Source: Macrostomum lignano
Taxonomy: Eukaryota
Length of the DNA: 64,000 bases
Direction of reading: 5' to 3'
Assembly: GCA_002269645.1 (NCBI GenBank)
Contig: NIVC01002063.1
Location: 144,257 to 208,256, forward strand
Shown here: in pieces, positions 62,390 through 64,000 of the stretch
How positions within the stretch are numbered: the stretch's first letter is position 1
How the letters are laid out: each line of letters opens with the position of its first letter
The notes under the pieces: model-generated
The model's input: only the letters and a program-made list of their open reading frames with translations
Told to the model about the DNA's origin: nothing
Databases searched by the model: none
Program-made: the position numbers and the translations under genes

Positions 62390-64000
62390 CTCAGTCCTTG
62401 TCCTCCTCGTTGTCATCGATAATGTAGCAGCAGTGCTTTTGCAACTTTTTAGCCAGCCTTTTCACTGCGTCTTTTAAGTAGTTCTCAACTGTCTTTTGAG
62501 CCACGCTTTCCTAGTAATCATGCCAATGGGCAATGGCACCTGTGGAAATTCGAACAAATACAGTGATCCCATATGTAAAAGAGCTGCAAATCCATAGCAG
62601 TGCCACTTACGCAAAACCAGATCTTCAAGGCACTTAGTGAAGGCCAAAATTTCTGGGTCTTTCTTAGGACCTTCAGTTGCATAGTTCCTTCCAGTTCAGT
62701 TGGACTTCACCTGGAGTGTGCAGTCTAGCAGACAATTGACATAGGCTTTGACATGCTTTTGTAATGTTTCACCTCCAAGTATGTCAGTGAATGGATCTGA
62801 AAAATTTTCAATGCTGCATTAAGAAAATGTGAATCGGAATAAACTGAATTAGACATTGAATTTTAGAGAACTTACAACTGCTTTCCTGAGCTCAGAATCT
62901 TGCAGTTGCTCCTTAAAACTTTCGTAGTTGCGCATGCTTTTTAGCAGAAGCTGACCAGCAACTTGGTCAGCCAGGTGTTGCACTGGCTGATCCATTGATG
63001 CTATTGGACGCCTCTCAAGTGCTTTAATTTTCTCAAGCATAACTTGCTGTTGGCGAAGCAGCTTGATTGTCAGGTGCACCAGTCCTGAAAAGGCAAGCAG
63101 ATTCATGCAAGATATTTTTGTTGGTAAAAATGTGTGATTAGTATGCGAAAAAAATTTAGTACCTTTGATGGAGTGCAAGGACTTCCCTTCCGCCATAAAT
63201 GTGCACTCCAATTGTTCAACATAATCTGCCAAGTTTATGTTGAACTGTCTAGAGGCAGTCCTTGGAATCGAGGATACTGCAGGTTGCGATTCTCGACTGT
63301 GCTGAATGCTGACTGGCTGCTGATTGCAAGCACTGGTGCCTGCCATTTGTGGATGCAGAATGCTGGCAGGTGCAGGTGCAGACGCTGTTTCCAAGCGATG
63401 CAACGGAGACACTTACGTCAAGGAGCAGTCAAAATTCTGCTGTTAACTGGCACCTGGGGCTTGTAGGAGTGATGTACTCAAGCCAGGCTGCGTAGAACTT
63501 CTATTTGGAATGCTGTCAATGATTGGACTTGGTGGCTCGCAAAACAGATTTTGTGCAAGCGTGAACGGGTTTTTCCTAGGCAATCATGCTTGAACTCAGA
63601 ATCTGTGGTGACCGCACCACTGGGCATGCACGGCACAGTCTGCAAAGGATGATTGAATCAGACTATGCAAGTTATTGGAGTACTTAGCAAAATGTCAAAA
63701 TATATAAGCATTGCAGTCACTTACCTTCAGGTTGGGTAAAATGATGCGTTTTCCATAGTGTAGTCTGGGGATTTGCTGCATTAATTGCTCAAGCGACAAA
63801 TTGTAGCGCTCGTTCTTGAGAGTGCGGCATCTGTCAATCAACACCTTCAGATCTTCAGTTTCCTTAGAAACAGTAATGATAACAGGCAACAGCAAGCAAT
63901 TCTTCACCCTTGAAATCAACATGCAATTTTGTCTTTTTATTCTGGCTAAACCATTGGAAGACTTCTTCAGTAAATAATTCATTGTCAATTGGGCAGACAT
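62390..64000 (-). pseudogene. Degenerate spliced gene with DUF4806-like domain (probably transposon-associated), truncated by the window end
   Basis: LLLKSMRNYESFKEQLQDSELRKAVVSSLKF followed, after a short intron, by ILGGETLQKHVKAYVNCLLDCTLQVKSN*TGR. This resembles the DUF4806 pattern from memory (LPL...LGG...SWTGR). There is an in-frame TGA at 62698-62696, further stops downstream, and a GTAAGT donor at 63724. Confidence 0.45.

Noticed and set aside
62696-62698. In-frame TGA as selenocysteine or recoded Trp
   Set aside because: The same relic has other stops and frameshifts, and all intact genes here use TGG for Trp. Simple decay explains it.

Overview
This is eukaryotic (animal) genomic DNA, almost certainly from a flatworm. 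The evidence is an EF-hand + dynein-light-chain (TAL-type) gene and a minisatellite-saturated landscape resembling Macrostomum; the species is my inference. Five spliced genes can be reconstructed by hand with consistent exon phases: a SEPT2-group septin (+, 3633-9046), phosphoserine aminotransferase PSAT1 (+, 11379-16176), a divergent tetraspanin (+, 25701-27067), a tegumental-allergen-like protein (-, 28167-31933) and a prokaryote-like SLC6/NSS transporter (+, 45457-52995). 19 of the 22 introns carry their own tandem repeat, and three large satellite arrays lie between genes (23 bp x ~213, 36 bp x ~65, ~23 bp over 9.4 kb). Both ends of the window are graveyards of DNA transposons: hAT relics, a full-length degenerate mariner, a 785-bp MITE and a DUF4806-like pseudogene. 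I found no rRNA, tRNA or CRISPR array, and most long ORFs in the supplied track are artefacts of repeats. I see no evidence of a wholly new multi-gene system. The best leads are: (1) the SLC6 gene has no visible genomic start codon and may take its AUG from the flatworm spliced leader; (2) its chloride site is rewired (Trp and Asp at the LeuT Y47 and T254 positions); (3) the PSAT1 intronic minisatellites appear to be amplified splice-junction sequence that forms arrays of decoy splice sites.
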